NCBI GenBank assembly: GCA_050012475.1
Contig: JBEKHC010000041.1
Coordinates: forward strand, 1 to 39,137
DNA from: Candidatus Velthaea sp.
Lineage (GTDB): Bacteria > Vulcanimicrobiota > Vulcanimicrobiia > Vulcanimicrobiales > Vulcanimicrobiaceae
Length of the DNA stretch: 39,137 bases
Reading direction: 5' to 3'
A program made the translations under genes and the position numbers. The notes beneath the pieces are model-generated. The model saw nothing but the letters and a program-made list of their open reading frames with translations. It was not told where the DNA came from and did no database searches. Positions 17,447 through 26,602 of the stretch are shown piece after piece; the first letter of the stretch is position 1; every line of letters starts with the position of its first letter.

Positions 17447-18493
17447 CTAGAAGCCTTCGGCGACCATCTGGGCTGCGTTTTCCTTGGTGAACGTCTTATC
17501 GGCGACGGTAAGCAGCGGCGGCAGTTTCTGACCGCCGAAGTAGGCGTCGATGGCATCGAAGGTCCGCTTGCCATAGTGCGGATCGCACTGCACGCAGACC
17601 GAGAAGTGTCCGTCCGCAACTTGCTGGATGGCTTGCTTCTCGCCGTCGATCGAACCGACGTACAGCTTCTTGGTATACCCGGCTTCTTGAATCGCCTGGA
17701 ACGCGCCCAGCGCCATGGCGTCGTTGTGGGCGTAAATGGCGTCGATTTTCGGACCAAAGCGCGTGATCCAGTTCGTCATGAGTTTCTTGCCGCCGGCGAG
17801 CGTGAAATCGCCGTCTTGCGAGTCGAGCAGCACGAAACGCTTTTCGCTGTCGATGACGTTGTGGAAGCCGTCGTGGCGTTCGATGGCGGGCGCCGCACCG
17901 GTGGAGCCGCGGAATTCGACGTAGTTGACCGGGCCGGTGGTGTTGGCGACAAACCAATGCCCGACTTTCTCGCCCTCACCGATGAAATTCGAAACGATCG
18001 CGGTGACGAAGTCGACGCCGCCCTTGCCCTTACTCGTACGGTCGATCTCGATCACGGGAACGCCGGCGGCCAGCGCGCGATCCGTCGCCGCGCGCAGCGG
18101 ATCGACTTCGCGCGGCGTGATCACGATCAGATCGCACTTCGCCGCGATGAGATCGGCCACGTCGCTGACCTGTTTGTTGGTGTCGCTATTGGCATTGGTC
18201 GATTTGAAATCGTATTTGCTCGAGCGTGCCTTGGCTTCGGACTCCATGCTGCTCTGCTCGGCGAAGCGCCAAGCGTTATTGAGCTCGCTTTGCGAAAAAC
18301 CGATCAGGTATTTCTCTTTCTTGGTGACCGTCGCGGGGGTAACATTCGGATTGGCTGCCGCGGCGGCGGGCAGCGGGCGCAAGCCGATCGGCAGGGCGGA
18401 CGCCGCGCCGAGCGCAGCCGTCAGCCGCAAGAACTCGGGTCGGTCGATGCGGCCGGTTTTCAGGGCGCGAAGAAGGTCGGAAATATCACGCAA
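17447..18493 (-). CDS. Sugar ABC substrate-binding protein (YtfQ-like)
   Basis: IGFSQSE..AWR, GVPVIEIDR, ERHDGF, AHNDAMALGA, SIDG; GAGGAG SD before TTG. Confidence 0.9.
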   Translation of the reverse strand: MRDISDLLRALKTGRIDRPEFLRLTAALGAASALPIGLRPLPAAAAANPNVTPATVTKKEKYLIGFSQSELNNAWRFAEQSSMESEAKARSSKYDFKSTNANSDTNKQVSDVADLIAAKCDLIVITPREVDPLRAATDRALAAGVPVIEIDRTSKGKGGVDFVTAIVSNFIGEGEKVGHWFVANTTGPVNYVEFRGSTGAAPAIERHDGFHNVIDSEKRFVLLDSQDGDFTLAGGKKLMTNWITRFGPKIDAIYAHNDAMALGAFQAIQEAGYTKKLYVGSIDGEKQAIQQVADGHFSVCVQCDPHYGKRTFDAIDAYFGGQKLPPLLTVADKTFTKENAAQMVAEGF

Positions 18494-18690
18494 GAGCCTC
18501 TCCTCATATGGGTGCGCCGTCCAAAGATGCGAGCGGCGCGGTTCGACGCAACGTGTGCCGAATGTAATGCTTTACCGCTTATACGCAGACTGATAGAAGA
18601 AAGTTTTACGGCCTGCTTCTTCATATAGCAGACCGTTTGCGCGAGCGCAAGAAGCGTCATCCGCATTCGCCATCTTCGGGGTCGAAGGGC

Positions 18691-19911
18691 TCAGTCGCGC
18701 AGTGCGACCGCGACGGTCCGCACCACCGAGCGAGCGCCGTGCCGCGACCAGGCATAGGCGGCGGCGACGCCGAGGCCCGCGATTCCCACGCTCAGTCCGA
18801 CCCCGACGTGCGGTTTGAACGGCAAGATGCCGTTCACCATGCTGCCGAGCGATCCGCCGAGCATCTGCGATGCGCCCAACATGCCGGCGCCGAGGCCGGC
18901 CATCGCACCCGCGCGTTCCAGCGCGGCGGCGAACGCATTGGGAACGATCACGCCGAAGGTGAACGCATAACCGGCCATCAGGGCGACGAACTGCCATGCG
19001 GCCGGCGCCTGCGGAGCAAAGACGCTGCGCGCTGCCACGGCGCTTCCGGCCAACGCCGCGACGATCGCGGCTCCGGCCAGCATGCGTTCCGACCCGATCC
19101 GATGGGCCAGCACGGCGGCGGAGTAGGATCCGGCCAAGATCGATCCCGAGCTGACGGCGAACGCGATGCCGTAGTTGGTATTCGACAGACCCAGTTCGCG
19201 CACGAGCACGAACGGCGAACCGCTGATGAACGCGAACAAGCCGGCAAACGAACAGGCGACGAGCACGCACAGTGCGGCCGAACGCGGCAGCGCCAGAAAG
19301 CGCCGGTAGTTCGCGAACACCGGACCGATACGGGCGCTTGCGGCACGCACCGTCAGGCTTTCCGGCAGCCACACCGCGGTCACGGCGAGCAGCAGCATTC
19401 CGGCGCCGAAGAGCGCCGCGTAAATCGCGCGCCAGCCCAAGGGCAAGAGAGCTGCACCCAAGAGCGGAGCGAGCATCGGCACGATGCCCGAGATTGCCGC
19501 GGCATAGGCTTGCATTTGAGCCGCGCGCGTGCGCTCGGTATAGATATCGCGAATGATCGCGCGGCCGACGACGGCACCGGCGCAAGCGCCGAAGCCTTGC
19601 ACGAACCGTGCTGCAACGAGCAGCCGCCCGTCGCTCGCGACGGTGCACAAAGCGCCGGCGAGCGCGAAGATCGCCATCCCCGTAACGACCACGGGACGGC
19701 GGCCGAACCGGTCGGACAGCGGCCCGACCACGAGCTGTCCGAACGCGAACGCCAGCATGAATGCACCCAGTGTCGCTTGGATCGTTTCGTCCGACGTGCG
19801 CAGAGCGCGCGCCATGATCGGCAGCGCCGGCAGACTCGTGTCGATTCCCAGCGGCGCGAGTGCGGTGATCGCACTGAGCAACACCACGAAGCCGCGGGAT
19901 TGCGGTGTCAT
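18691..19911 (-). CDS. Bcr/CflA family MFS efflux transporter
   Basis: GIDTSLPALP, GPLSDRFGRRPV, RFVQGFG, LPES motifs. Confidence 0.9.
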   Translation of the reverse strand: MTPQSRGFVVLLSAITALAPLGIDTSLPALPIMARALRTSDETIQATLGAFMLAFAFGQLVVGPLSDRFGRRPVVVTGMAIFALAGALCTVASDGRLLVAARFVQGFGACAGAVVGRAIIRDIYTERTRAAQMQAYAAAISGIVPMLAPLLGAALLPLGWRAIYAALFGAGMLLLAVTAVWLPESLTVRAASARIGPVFANYRRFLALPRSAALCVLVACSFAGLFAFISGSPFVLVRELGLSNTNYGIAFAVSSGSILAGSYSAAVLAHRIGSERMLAGAAIVAALAGSAVAARSVFAPQAPAAWQFVALMAGYAFTFGVIVPNAFAAALERAGAMAGLGAGMLGASQMLGGSLGSMVNGILPFKPHVGVGLSVGIAGLGVAAAYAWSRHGARSVVRTVAVALRD

Positions 19912-20009
19912 CCGGCCCCAACTCACGCGGCGCACAACTCGCGCGCTAGGCCGCCGGTTGCGTTCCGCTTCCAAAATACCGAGGACCGGCGCGCCGTTCT
20001 GCGGTAGCC

Positions 20010-20720
20010 TTGGGCGTGCCTGAATTGAACGCCCTGCTGTTCGACGTTTTCGGCACGCTGGTCGATTGGCGCAGCGGCGTGATCGGCGCCTTGCGCGCGT
20101 TCGGCGAACGTGCCGGCGCGAGCGTTGATTGGGCTGCGTTCGCCGATGATTGGCGGCGCGCGTACGCGCCGTCGATGGATCGCGTCCGGCGCGGCGACCT
20201 TTCGTGGCAGAATCTCGATGCCTTGCATCGAGCGTCGCTCACCGTTCTGCTCGAACGCTACGGCATCGAGGGTGTCGATGCTGCGCAAGTCGACCGCGTC
20301 GCGCGCGCGTGGCACGCTCTGCCGGCCTGGCCCGATACCGTTCCTGGACTGCGCCGGCTGCGCGAGCGCTTTATCGTCGCCTCGCTCTCGAACGGCAACG
20401 TCGCGCTGCAGGTGGATCTCTCGCGACACGCCGGCTTAGCGCTCGACATGTTGTTTTCGGCCGAACTCTTCGGGCACTACAAGCCCGACGCGCAAACTTA
20501 TTTGGGGGCGTGCGCGCTGCTCGATCTGCCGCCCGCGCGCGTGATGCTGGTGGCGGCGCACAACGACGACCTCGAGGCAGCGAAAGCATGCGGACTGCTA
20601 ACCGCGTTCGTCGCGCGGCCGCTGGAGTGGGGGCCGAGTGCACCGGAAGTGAAGGCCGCCGCCGGCGCTGACGTGTGCGTCGACAGCTTGCAAACCTTGG
20701 CCCAACGTTTCGGTGCATAG
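20010..20720 (+). CDS. Haloacid dehalogenase type II (HAD superfamily)
   Basis: FDVFGTLVDW, LSNGN, YKPD, VAAHNDD. Confidence 0.9.
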   Translation: MGVPELNALLFDVFGTLVDWRSGVIGALRAFGERAGASVDWAAFADDWRRAYAPSMDRVRRGDLSWQNLDALHRASLTVLLERYGIEGVDAAQVDRVARAWHALPAWPDTVPGLRRLRERFIVASLSNGNVALQVDLSRHAGLALDMLFSAELFGHYKPDAQTYLGACALLDLPPARVMLVAAHNDDLEAAKACGLLTAFVARPLEWGPSAPEVKAAAGADVCVDSLQTLAQRFGA

Positions 20721-20723
20721 CTG

Positions 20724-21503
20724 ATGGACTTCGGCATCGCGGGAAAACGCGCGCTGGTATGCGCGGCGAGCAAAGGCTTGGGACGCGGCTGCGCGCAGGC
20801 GCTGGCGGACGAAGGCGTGCTCGTCACGATCGTCGCCCGCACCGCGCAAACCCTCGAACGGGCCGCGCGCGAGATCGAGGCAGCCTGCCGCATCCGCGTG
20901 CAGTACGCGGTGGCCGACGTGACGACGCCCGCGGGGCGGGCGGCTGCGCTTGCGGCGTGTCCCGATCCCGATATCTTGATCAACAACGCGGGCGGTCCGC
21001 CGGCCGGAACGTTCCGCGACTGGGAGCGCGACGACTGGCTGCGAGCGCTCGACGCCAACATGCTCGCGCCGATCGAACTCATCAAAGCAACGCTCGATGC
21101 GATGATCGCACGCGGTTTCGGCCGCGTCGTCAACATCACGTCGAGCGCCGTCAAAGCACCGATCCCGTCGCTGGGACTTTCCAACGGCGCGCGCAGCGGT
21201 CTCACCGGCTTCATCGCCGGGCTCGCGCGCGACGCCGCACCACATGGCGTCACGATCAACAACCTGCTGCCCGGCACGTTCGGCACGGACCGCTTGATGG
21301 GCATGATCGCCGCCGAAGCCCGACAGGCAGGCCGTTCGGCCAACGAACAGTTGACGCTGCGCGCGCAACAGATCCCCGTTCGGCGGATCGGCCGGCCCGA
21401 CGAATTCGGCGCGCTATGCGCCTTCATCTGCAGCGCTCAGGCCGGTTACATCACCGGCCAAAACCTGCTCATCGACGGCGGCGCTTACCCAGGCACGTTC
21501 TAA
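20724..21503 (+). CDS. SDR family oxidoreductase
   Basis: AASKGLG, NNAGGPP, ITSS, LSNGAR, GYITGQ. Confidence 0.9.
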   Translation: MDFGIAGKRALVCAASKGLGRGCAQALADEGVLVTIVARTAQTLERAAREIEAACRIRVQYAVADVTTPAGRAAALAACPDPDILINNAGGPPAGTFRDWERDDWLRALDANMLAPIELIKATLDAMIARGFGRVVNITSSAVKAPIPSLGLSNGARSGLTGFIAGLARDAAPHGVTINNLLPGTFGTDRLMGMIAAEARQAGRSANEQLTLRAQQIPVRRIGRPDEFGALCAFICSAQAGYITGQNLLIDGGAYPGTF

Positions 21504-21625
21504 GGGTGCTGCTCTGATTTCGCCTCGGACGTCGTCGCTGCGCGGCTCATGTGCTAAAGCAAGCTTCGCCGCAAACTTCGCCGCGATGCAGCCCTAGCCG
21601 GGACGAAATTAGCGCATCCCGGCGC
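21504..21625. repeat. About 120-bp imperfect foldback element (REP/MITE-like) between convergent genes
   Basis: Left arm GGGTGCTGCTCTGATTTCG..CGG..GCTGCGCGGC pairs imperfectly with right arm GCCGCGATGCAGC..CCGGGACGAAATTAGCGCATCCC. Confidence 0.5.
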
Positions 21626-21630
21626 GCGGC

Positions 21631-22977
21631 TTAGTACGCCTTCGACCACGCTTCGGCGAGATCGCCGATCGCGCCGTCGAGCGCGGCGCTGATCTCGGCA
21701 AGGTCGTCGTCGGTCGCGATGAGCGGCGGCGCGATGTGGGCGATGTTGTAGCGGCCGAAGGCAATGACGCCGCGCTTGCGCAGCGACGCGAACAGCGTCG
21801 TCATCACGCCCATCGATTTGCCTTGCCAGTGCACGAGCGGCGTGCGCTGTTGGCGATCGCTGACGAATTCGAGCGCGAAGAACGCACCTGCGCCGCGCAC
21901 GTCACCGATGATCTCGTGCTTGGCTTGCAGGGCGAGGAGATGCGAGCGCAGCCGGGTTTCGATCACCTGGGCGCGCGCAAAGAGATTGCCGGCGGCGTAG
22001 GCTTCGAGTGTCGCGAGGCCGGCCGCCATCGCGAGCGGATGGCCGGAGTACGTGTGCCCCAGCCACATCGGGCGGTCGTCGAAGTAAGCGGCGAGATTCT
22101 CGCGCACGATCACGCCGCCGAGCGGGACGTACGCCGAGGTGACGCCCTTGGCAAAGGTCATGAGATCGGGAACGACGCCGAAGCGCTGGCCGCCGAAAAC
22201 CGCGCCGACGCGGCCGAAGCCGGTCATGACCTCGTCGAAGATCAACAGAATGCCGTGCTCGTCGCAGAGTTGGCGCACGCCGGCGAGGTAGCCCTCGGGA
22301 TAAACGATGACGCCATTCGAACCGACGACCGGCTCGATCAGCAACGCGGCGATCCGTTCGGGATCCTCGGCCAGCATGACCGCTTTGAGATGATCGAGCG
22401 CGCGGCTGCATTCCGTGGCCGGATCGGTGGTAAAAAACGGACTCCGGTACGGATACGGCGCGAAGAAATGCACGACACCGCTCATCGCGTGCGTTTCGTT
22501 GGCCCAGCGGCGATTCTCGCCTGTTAACGCCGTCGAGCCCATGGATGAACCATGGAACGAGCGATATCCGCTCAACACTTTGTGCCGTCCGCTGACGGTG
22601 CGCGCAATTTTTACCGCGTCTTCGACCGCGTCGGTTCCGCCGGTGGTGTAATAAACGCGCGCGCCTTCGTGCCAGGGCGCGAGTTTGGCCAATTGTTCGG
22701 CCAGTTCGGCGCGGCGATCGTTGAACAGCGCCGGCGACACGTAGCAGACTTGATCGAGCTGATCTTTGATCGCGGCAACGACGTGCGGATGACCGTGGCC
22801 GAGATTGACGGCGATCAAACCCGACGACGCGTCGATGTAACGCTTGCCGTCCTCGTCGTAGAGCGAGACGCCCGAACCTCGCACGATCACCGGCGCGTCG
22901 TAAGCCGCTTGCGCGGACCACGGCGTGAGCACGTAGCGCTTGTGAGTGGTCTTCGAGTTGCGCACGGAGATAGCCAT
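21631..22977 (-). CDS. Class III PLP aminotransferase (omega-amino acid/taurine-pyruvate type)
   Basis: NLGHGHP, SFHG, FDEVMTGFGR, DLMTFAKG, HTYSGHP. Confidence 0.9.
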   Translation of the reverse strand: MAISVRNSKTTHKRYVLTPWSAQAAYDAPVIVRGSGVSLYDEDGKRYIDASSGLIAVNLGHGHPHVVAAIKDQLDQVCYVSPALFNDRRAELAEQLAKLAPWHEGARVYYTTGGTDAVEDAVKIARTVSGRHKVLSGYRSFHGSSMGSTALTGENRRWANETHAMSGVVHFFAPYPYRSPFFTTDPATECSRALDHLKAVMLAEDPERIAALLIEPVVGSNGVIVYPEGYLAGVRQLCDEHGILLIFDEVMTGFGRVGAVFGGQRFGVVPDLMTFAKGVTSAYVPLGGVIVRENLAAYFDDRPMWLGHTYSGHPLAMAAGLATLEAYAAGNLFARAQVIETRLRSHLLALQAKHEIIGDVRGAGAFFALEFVSDRQQRTPLVHWQGKSMGVMTTLFASLRKRGVIAFGRYNIAHIAPPLIATDDDLAEISAALDGAIGDLAEAWSKAY

Positions 22978-23071
22978 GCTCGCCTGCTTTTGCGAGCGTG
23001 TCCGCAGTTCCCGTCCGGGTGCGGAGCGCTTGCCGGGGTACAAATACCGCAGAACGGAAACGATAGGCAAA

Positions 23072-23755
23072 ATGAACGGCCAGACCGGTTTTAGCGATCT
23101 TGGCATGGCACGCGTCGATATCGCCCGCGCGGTTCGCACCGGCGTGCCCGAGGTCGTGTACGCGGCCGGAAAGACCCGTGCGCAGACGGCCGCCGTGATG
23201 CGCGAACTCTTCGAGCGCACCGGGTTTGCGCTCGCGACCCGCATCCTTACCCCCGCCGACGGCGCCGCGCTCGCCGAATGTCTGCCGGAAGCCATGTACG
23301 ACGAGGGGGCGCGTGCGCTGCGCTGCGGGCGGCTGCCGGCCAGCGGGCGCCGCGTCGGCGTCGTCTGCGCCGGCACCTCGGATCTGCCCGTGGCCAACGA
23401 AGCGCGCTTCACGCTGACGGCCTTCGGCCATTCCGTCGTGGAACGCAGCGACGTCGGCGTCGCCGGCATCCATCGGCTGCTGGCCGACTTCGAAGACGTC
23501 AAGACCTGCGAGATCGTCATCGTCGCCGCCGGAATGGAAGGTGCGCTGCCCAGCGTCGTCGCCGGCCTGGTGAAGGCGCCGGTGATCGCCGTGCCGACCA
23601 GCGTCGGCTACGGCGTTTCGGAAGGCGGACTGGCGGCGCTGCTGACGATGCTGGCGTCGTGCGCGCCGGGAATCGCGGTCGTCAACATCGACAACGGCTT
23701 CGGCGCCGCGGCGCTGGCCCATAAGATGCTTGCGGTCGGTGACCGGTGCGCGTAG
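23072..23755 (+). CDS. larB: Nickel-pincer cofactor biosynthesis protein LarB
   Basis: RTGVPEVVY, AGTSDLPVA, DVGVAGIHRL, AGMEGALPSVV, PTSVGYG, VVNIDNGFGAA. Confidence 0.95.
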   Translation: MNGQTGFSDLGMARVDIARAVRTGVPEVVYAAGKTRAQTAAVMRELFERTGFALATRILTPADGAALAECLPEAMYDEGARALRCGRLPASGRRVGVVCAGTSDLPVANEARFTLTAFGHSVVERSDVGVAGIHRLLADFEDVKTCEIVIVAAGMEGALPSVVAGLVKAPVIAVPTSVGYGVSEGGLAALLTMLASCAPGIAVVNIDNGFGAAALAHKMLAVGDRCA

Positions 23756-24993
23756 CCTACGTCGAGATGATCGGCGGCGCGAGCGGCAACATGCTGCTCG
23801 GCGCGCTCATCGACGCCGGTGCCGACCCCGACGCGATCGAACGCGCGCTGCGCACCATCCCCGTCAGGGGCTGGACGTTCGAGCGTTCGCGCGTCGTCAA
23901 GACCGGGATCGCCGCAGCGTACGTCGATTTCGACATCCCGGGCGAAGACTGCCGGCCCGGCGAGATGATCGCTCACGGCCACCATCTGGGCGACATTCTC
24001 GACATCATCGAACGGTCGGGTCTGAGCGCGCGAGTGCGCGAGCGGGCCAGCGCGATCTATCGCCGGCTGGGCGATGCGGAAGCGCGCGTTCACGGCGTCG
24101 CCGTCGACGCGATCCACTTCCATGAAGTCGGTCAGGTCGACGCGGTCCTCGACGTCGCCGGGGTCTGCGTCGCGCTCGAGCTGTTGGGAGTCGAACGCGT
24201 GATGTGCTCGCCCTTTCCGCTGGGGCGCGGTTCGATCGCGATGCATCACGGCCGCTATCCCAACCCGCCGCCGGCGACCGCCGAACTCTTGCGCGGGGCG
24301 CCCACGCAGCCGCTCGACGTCGAGGGCGAGCTGGTGACGACCACCGCGGCGGCGATTCTCGCGACACTCGTGACCGACCCGGGTGTGCGGCCGCCGATGC
24401 GTTTCGAGCGGCTGGGATACGGCGCGGGCCGCAGCGACTTTGCGGTCCCCAACGTCACGCGGATCGTCATCGGCGAATTGACCCTCGGCGCTGACCGTCC
24501 CGCGGACCTCACGCCCGGCGGCGAGCTGCTGACCGACGAGGTCGTCGTGCTCGAAACGAACATCGACGATATGATCCCGCAAGCGTTCGAGCTGGCGATC
24601 GAGCGAATTTTCGCCGCCGGCGCGCTCGACGTCTGGACGGCGCCGATCGCCATGAAAAAGCAGCGGCCGGCGGTGCTGCTCAGTGCGCTCGCGCCGAGCG
24701 CTGCGGCGACCGCGTGCGCTCGGGCAATGCTGCGCGAGACGTCGAGCATCGGCGTGCGCATGCGCCGCGAGTCGCGCTTTACGCTGCCGCGCACCGTCGT
24801 GCGCCGGCTGACGCCGTACGGAGACGTGCGGTATAAGGAAGTTCACGGTCCCGGCGGCGCGCGGGTCACCGTCGAATACGATGACGTCGCGCGCATCGCT
24901 CGCGAACGCGGCATTCCGTTCGCGCAGGCCGCCGCCGAACTCACCCGCTTCTTGGAGCACGCGCAAGCCGCCGATGAACGCCATCTCGTCTGA
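23746..24993 (+). CDS. larC: Nickel insertase LarC (single uninterrupted ORF)
   Basis: HFHEVG, PPPAT, GELVT, GYGAG, LETNIDD, MKKQRP, ETSSIGVR, EYDD. Confidence 0.92.
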   Translation: MRVAYVEMIGGASGNMLLGALIDAGADPDAIERALRTIPVRGWTFERSRVVKTGIAAAYVDFDIPGEDCRPGEMIAHGHHLGDILDIIERSGLSARVRERASAIYRRLGDAEARVHGVAVDAIHFHEVGQVDAVLDVAGVCVALELLGVERVMCSPFPLGRGSIAMHHGRYPNPPPATAELLRGAPTQPLDVEGELVTTTAAAILATLVTDPGVRPPMRFERLGYGAGRSDFAVPNVTRIVIGELTLGADRPADLTPGGELLTDEVVVLETNIDDMIPQAFELAIERIFAAGALDVWTAPIAMKKQRPAVLLSALAPSAAATACARAMLRETSSIGVRMRRESRFTLPRTVVRRLTPYGDVRYKEVHGPGGARVTVEYDDVARIARERGIPFAQAAAELTRFLEHAQAADERHLV

Positions 24994-25804
24994 TCCGCTC
25001 GAACTCGCGGCCAAGGCCGAACGCCTGCGCGCCATCGTCCGCGAGATCGGCAGCTGCGTCGTCGCGTTCTCCGGCGGCGTCGACTCGGCGCTGGTCCTGC
25101 ACGTGGCCACGGCCGAGCTGGGTGAGCGCGCGCTGGGCGTGACCGGACGTTCGGAGAGTTTGGCCGAGCGCGAGTATGCGGGGGCCGTGGCCTTCGCCGG
25201 CGCGACGGGCGCGCACCACGAGATCGTCGAGACGCGTGAACTGAGCGAACCGCAGTACGCTGCGAATCCGGTCAACCGCTGCTACTTCTGCAAGAGCGAG
25301 CTCTACGGAAAACTGCGCGAGATCGCCGCGCTGCGCGGCTTGGCCGCGATCGTCGACGGCTTCAACCTCGACGACGAGGGCGACTGGCGCCCCGGGCGCA
25401 AGGCGGCGCGCGAGAACGGCGTGCGCAGCCCGCTCGCGGAAGCCGGCTTCACCAAAGCCGACGTGCGCAGCCTGGCACGTGAACTGGGTCTCGACATTTG
25501 GGACAAGCCGGCGCTGGCGTGTTTGTCCTCGCGCTTTCCGTACGGTACGCCCATCACGCTCGAGTTGCTGCGCCAGGTCGATCGCGCCGAACAGGCGGTT
25601 CACGACGCGGGTGTGCGGGTGTGCCGGGTCCGCCACCACGGCGACGTGGCGCGCATCGAAGTTCCGGCCGCCGACGTTGCGGCGTTCGCGGATCCGGCCC
25701 TGCGCGCCGCGGTCGTGGCCGGCGTGAAGGCCGCTGGGTACCGTTTTGTCGCCCTCGATCTGGGCGGCTACGTCTCGGGCAATCTGAATCCGCCGCCGCA
25801 TTGA
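24974..25804 (+). CDS. larE: ATP-dependent sulfur transferase LarE
   Basis: SGGVDS PP-loop, NRCYFCK, RPG, SPL, CLSSRFPYG, RVRHH, LDLGGY. Confidence 0.95.
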   Translation: MNAISSDPLELAAKAERLRAIVREIGSCVVAFSGGVDSALVLHVATAELGERALGVTGRSESLAEREYAGAVAFAGATGAHHEIVETRELSEPQYAANPVNRCYFCKSELYGKLREIAALRGLAAIVDGFNLDDEGDWRPGRKAARENGVRSPLAEAGFTKADVRSLARELGLDIWDKPALACLSSRFPYGTPITLELLRQVDRAEQAVHDAGVRVCRVRHHGDVARIEVPAADVAAFADPALRAAVVAGVKAAGYRFVALDLGGYVSGNLNPPPH

Positions 25805-25854
25805 CGGATCGGTCGCGGGAACGAAGCCCGGCGCCCGGAGCGTTCTTGAGTTCG

Positions 25855-26445
25855 ATGCCCGGCTTGTCGCGCGTAGTCGCCGCTCTCCTGATCGTCGCGC
25901 TCGGCACAGCGCCGGTCGCAGCGCAGCCGGCGCGCCCGCCGCTGGCGCTGTCGCCGCTCTATCTGATCGTCCCGTTCGGCGAGCCGGGCGATACCGATCC
26001 GGTGCTGCTCGACTCGACCCAAAAACTCTCTGAAGATCTGTCCGACCGCAGCGTGCGTTCGGCGCTCGGCATCCCGACCGACGCCGTCGAGGCGGTCTCG
26101 AACGCTCGGACGATGTGCGCTCAGTACCGAGCCGCCGGGATTCTGCTCAGTGAGATGCGGTTCGCCCAAACCAAGGGCTTCAACGCGCCCCAATTCGCGG
26201 CCGGCTTCATCCCCTGGGTGGGCGGCGTGTTTTCCGGGGTGGGTGCGCTGGATCGCACCTCGATCCACGCTCAGTACAAACTGTTTCTGGTCAATTGCTA
26301 CGGCAAAGTCGTGTGGCGGACGATCACGACGGCCCAAAAAGTCCATCACGGCGCCAACGTGTCGGCCGGGCTCACCGACATCAGCTTCCAGGCCATCGCC
26401 AAGGCGGCCGACGAGTTCGCCGCGCGCCGCGTTCAGGCGCATTGA
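25855..26445 (+). CDS. Secreted hypothetical protein
   Basis: Signal peptide (..ALGTAPVAA-Q), two Cys, alpha/beta pattern. Confidence 0.65.
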   Translation: MPGLSRVVAALLIVALGTAPVAAQPARPPLALSPLYLIVPFGEPGDTDPVLLDSTQKLSEDLSDRSVRSALGIPTDAVEAVSNARTMCAQYRAAGILLSEMRFAQTKGFNAPQFAAGFIPWVGGVFSGVGALDRTSIHAQYKLFLVNCYGKVVWRTITTAQKVHHGANVSAGLTDISFQAIAKAADEFAARRVQAH

Positions 26446-26602
26446 GTGCGGCAGCCGGCCGCCGGCCGGGGAATCGCGCTGCCGATGATTCGCCGAACGA
26501 TCGGGCGGGAAAGGGGTACTTGGTGAATTGCTTTTTGCGGTCTTCTCGCTGTTGCGTTGATGGTACCGTCCCGTAATCGCTGGTAGGACGCGCGAGCGTC
26601 TC

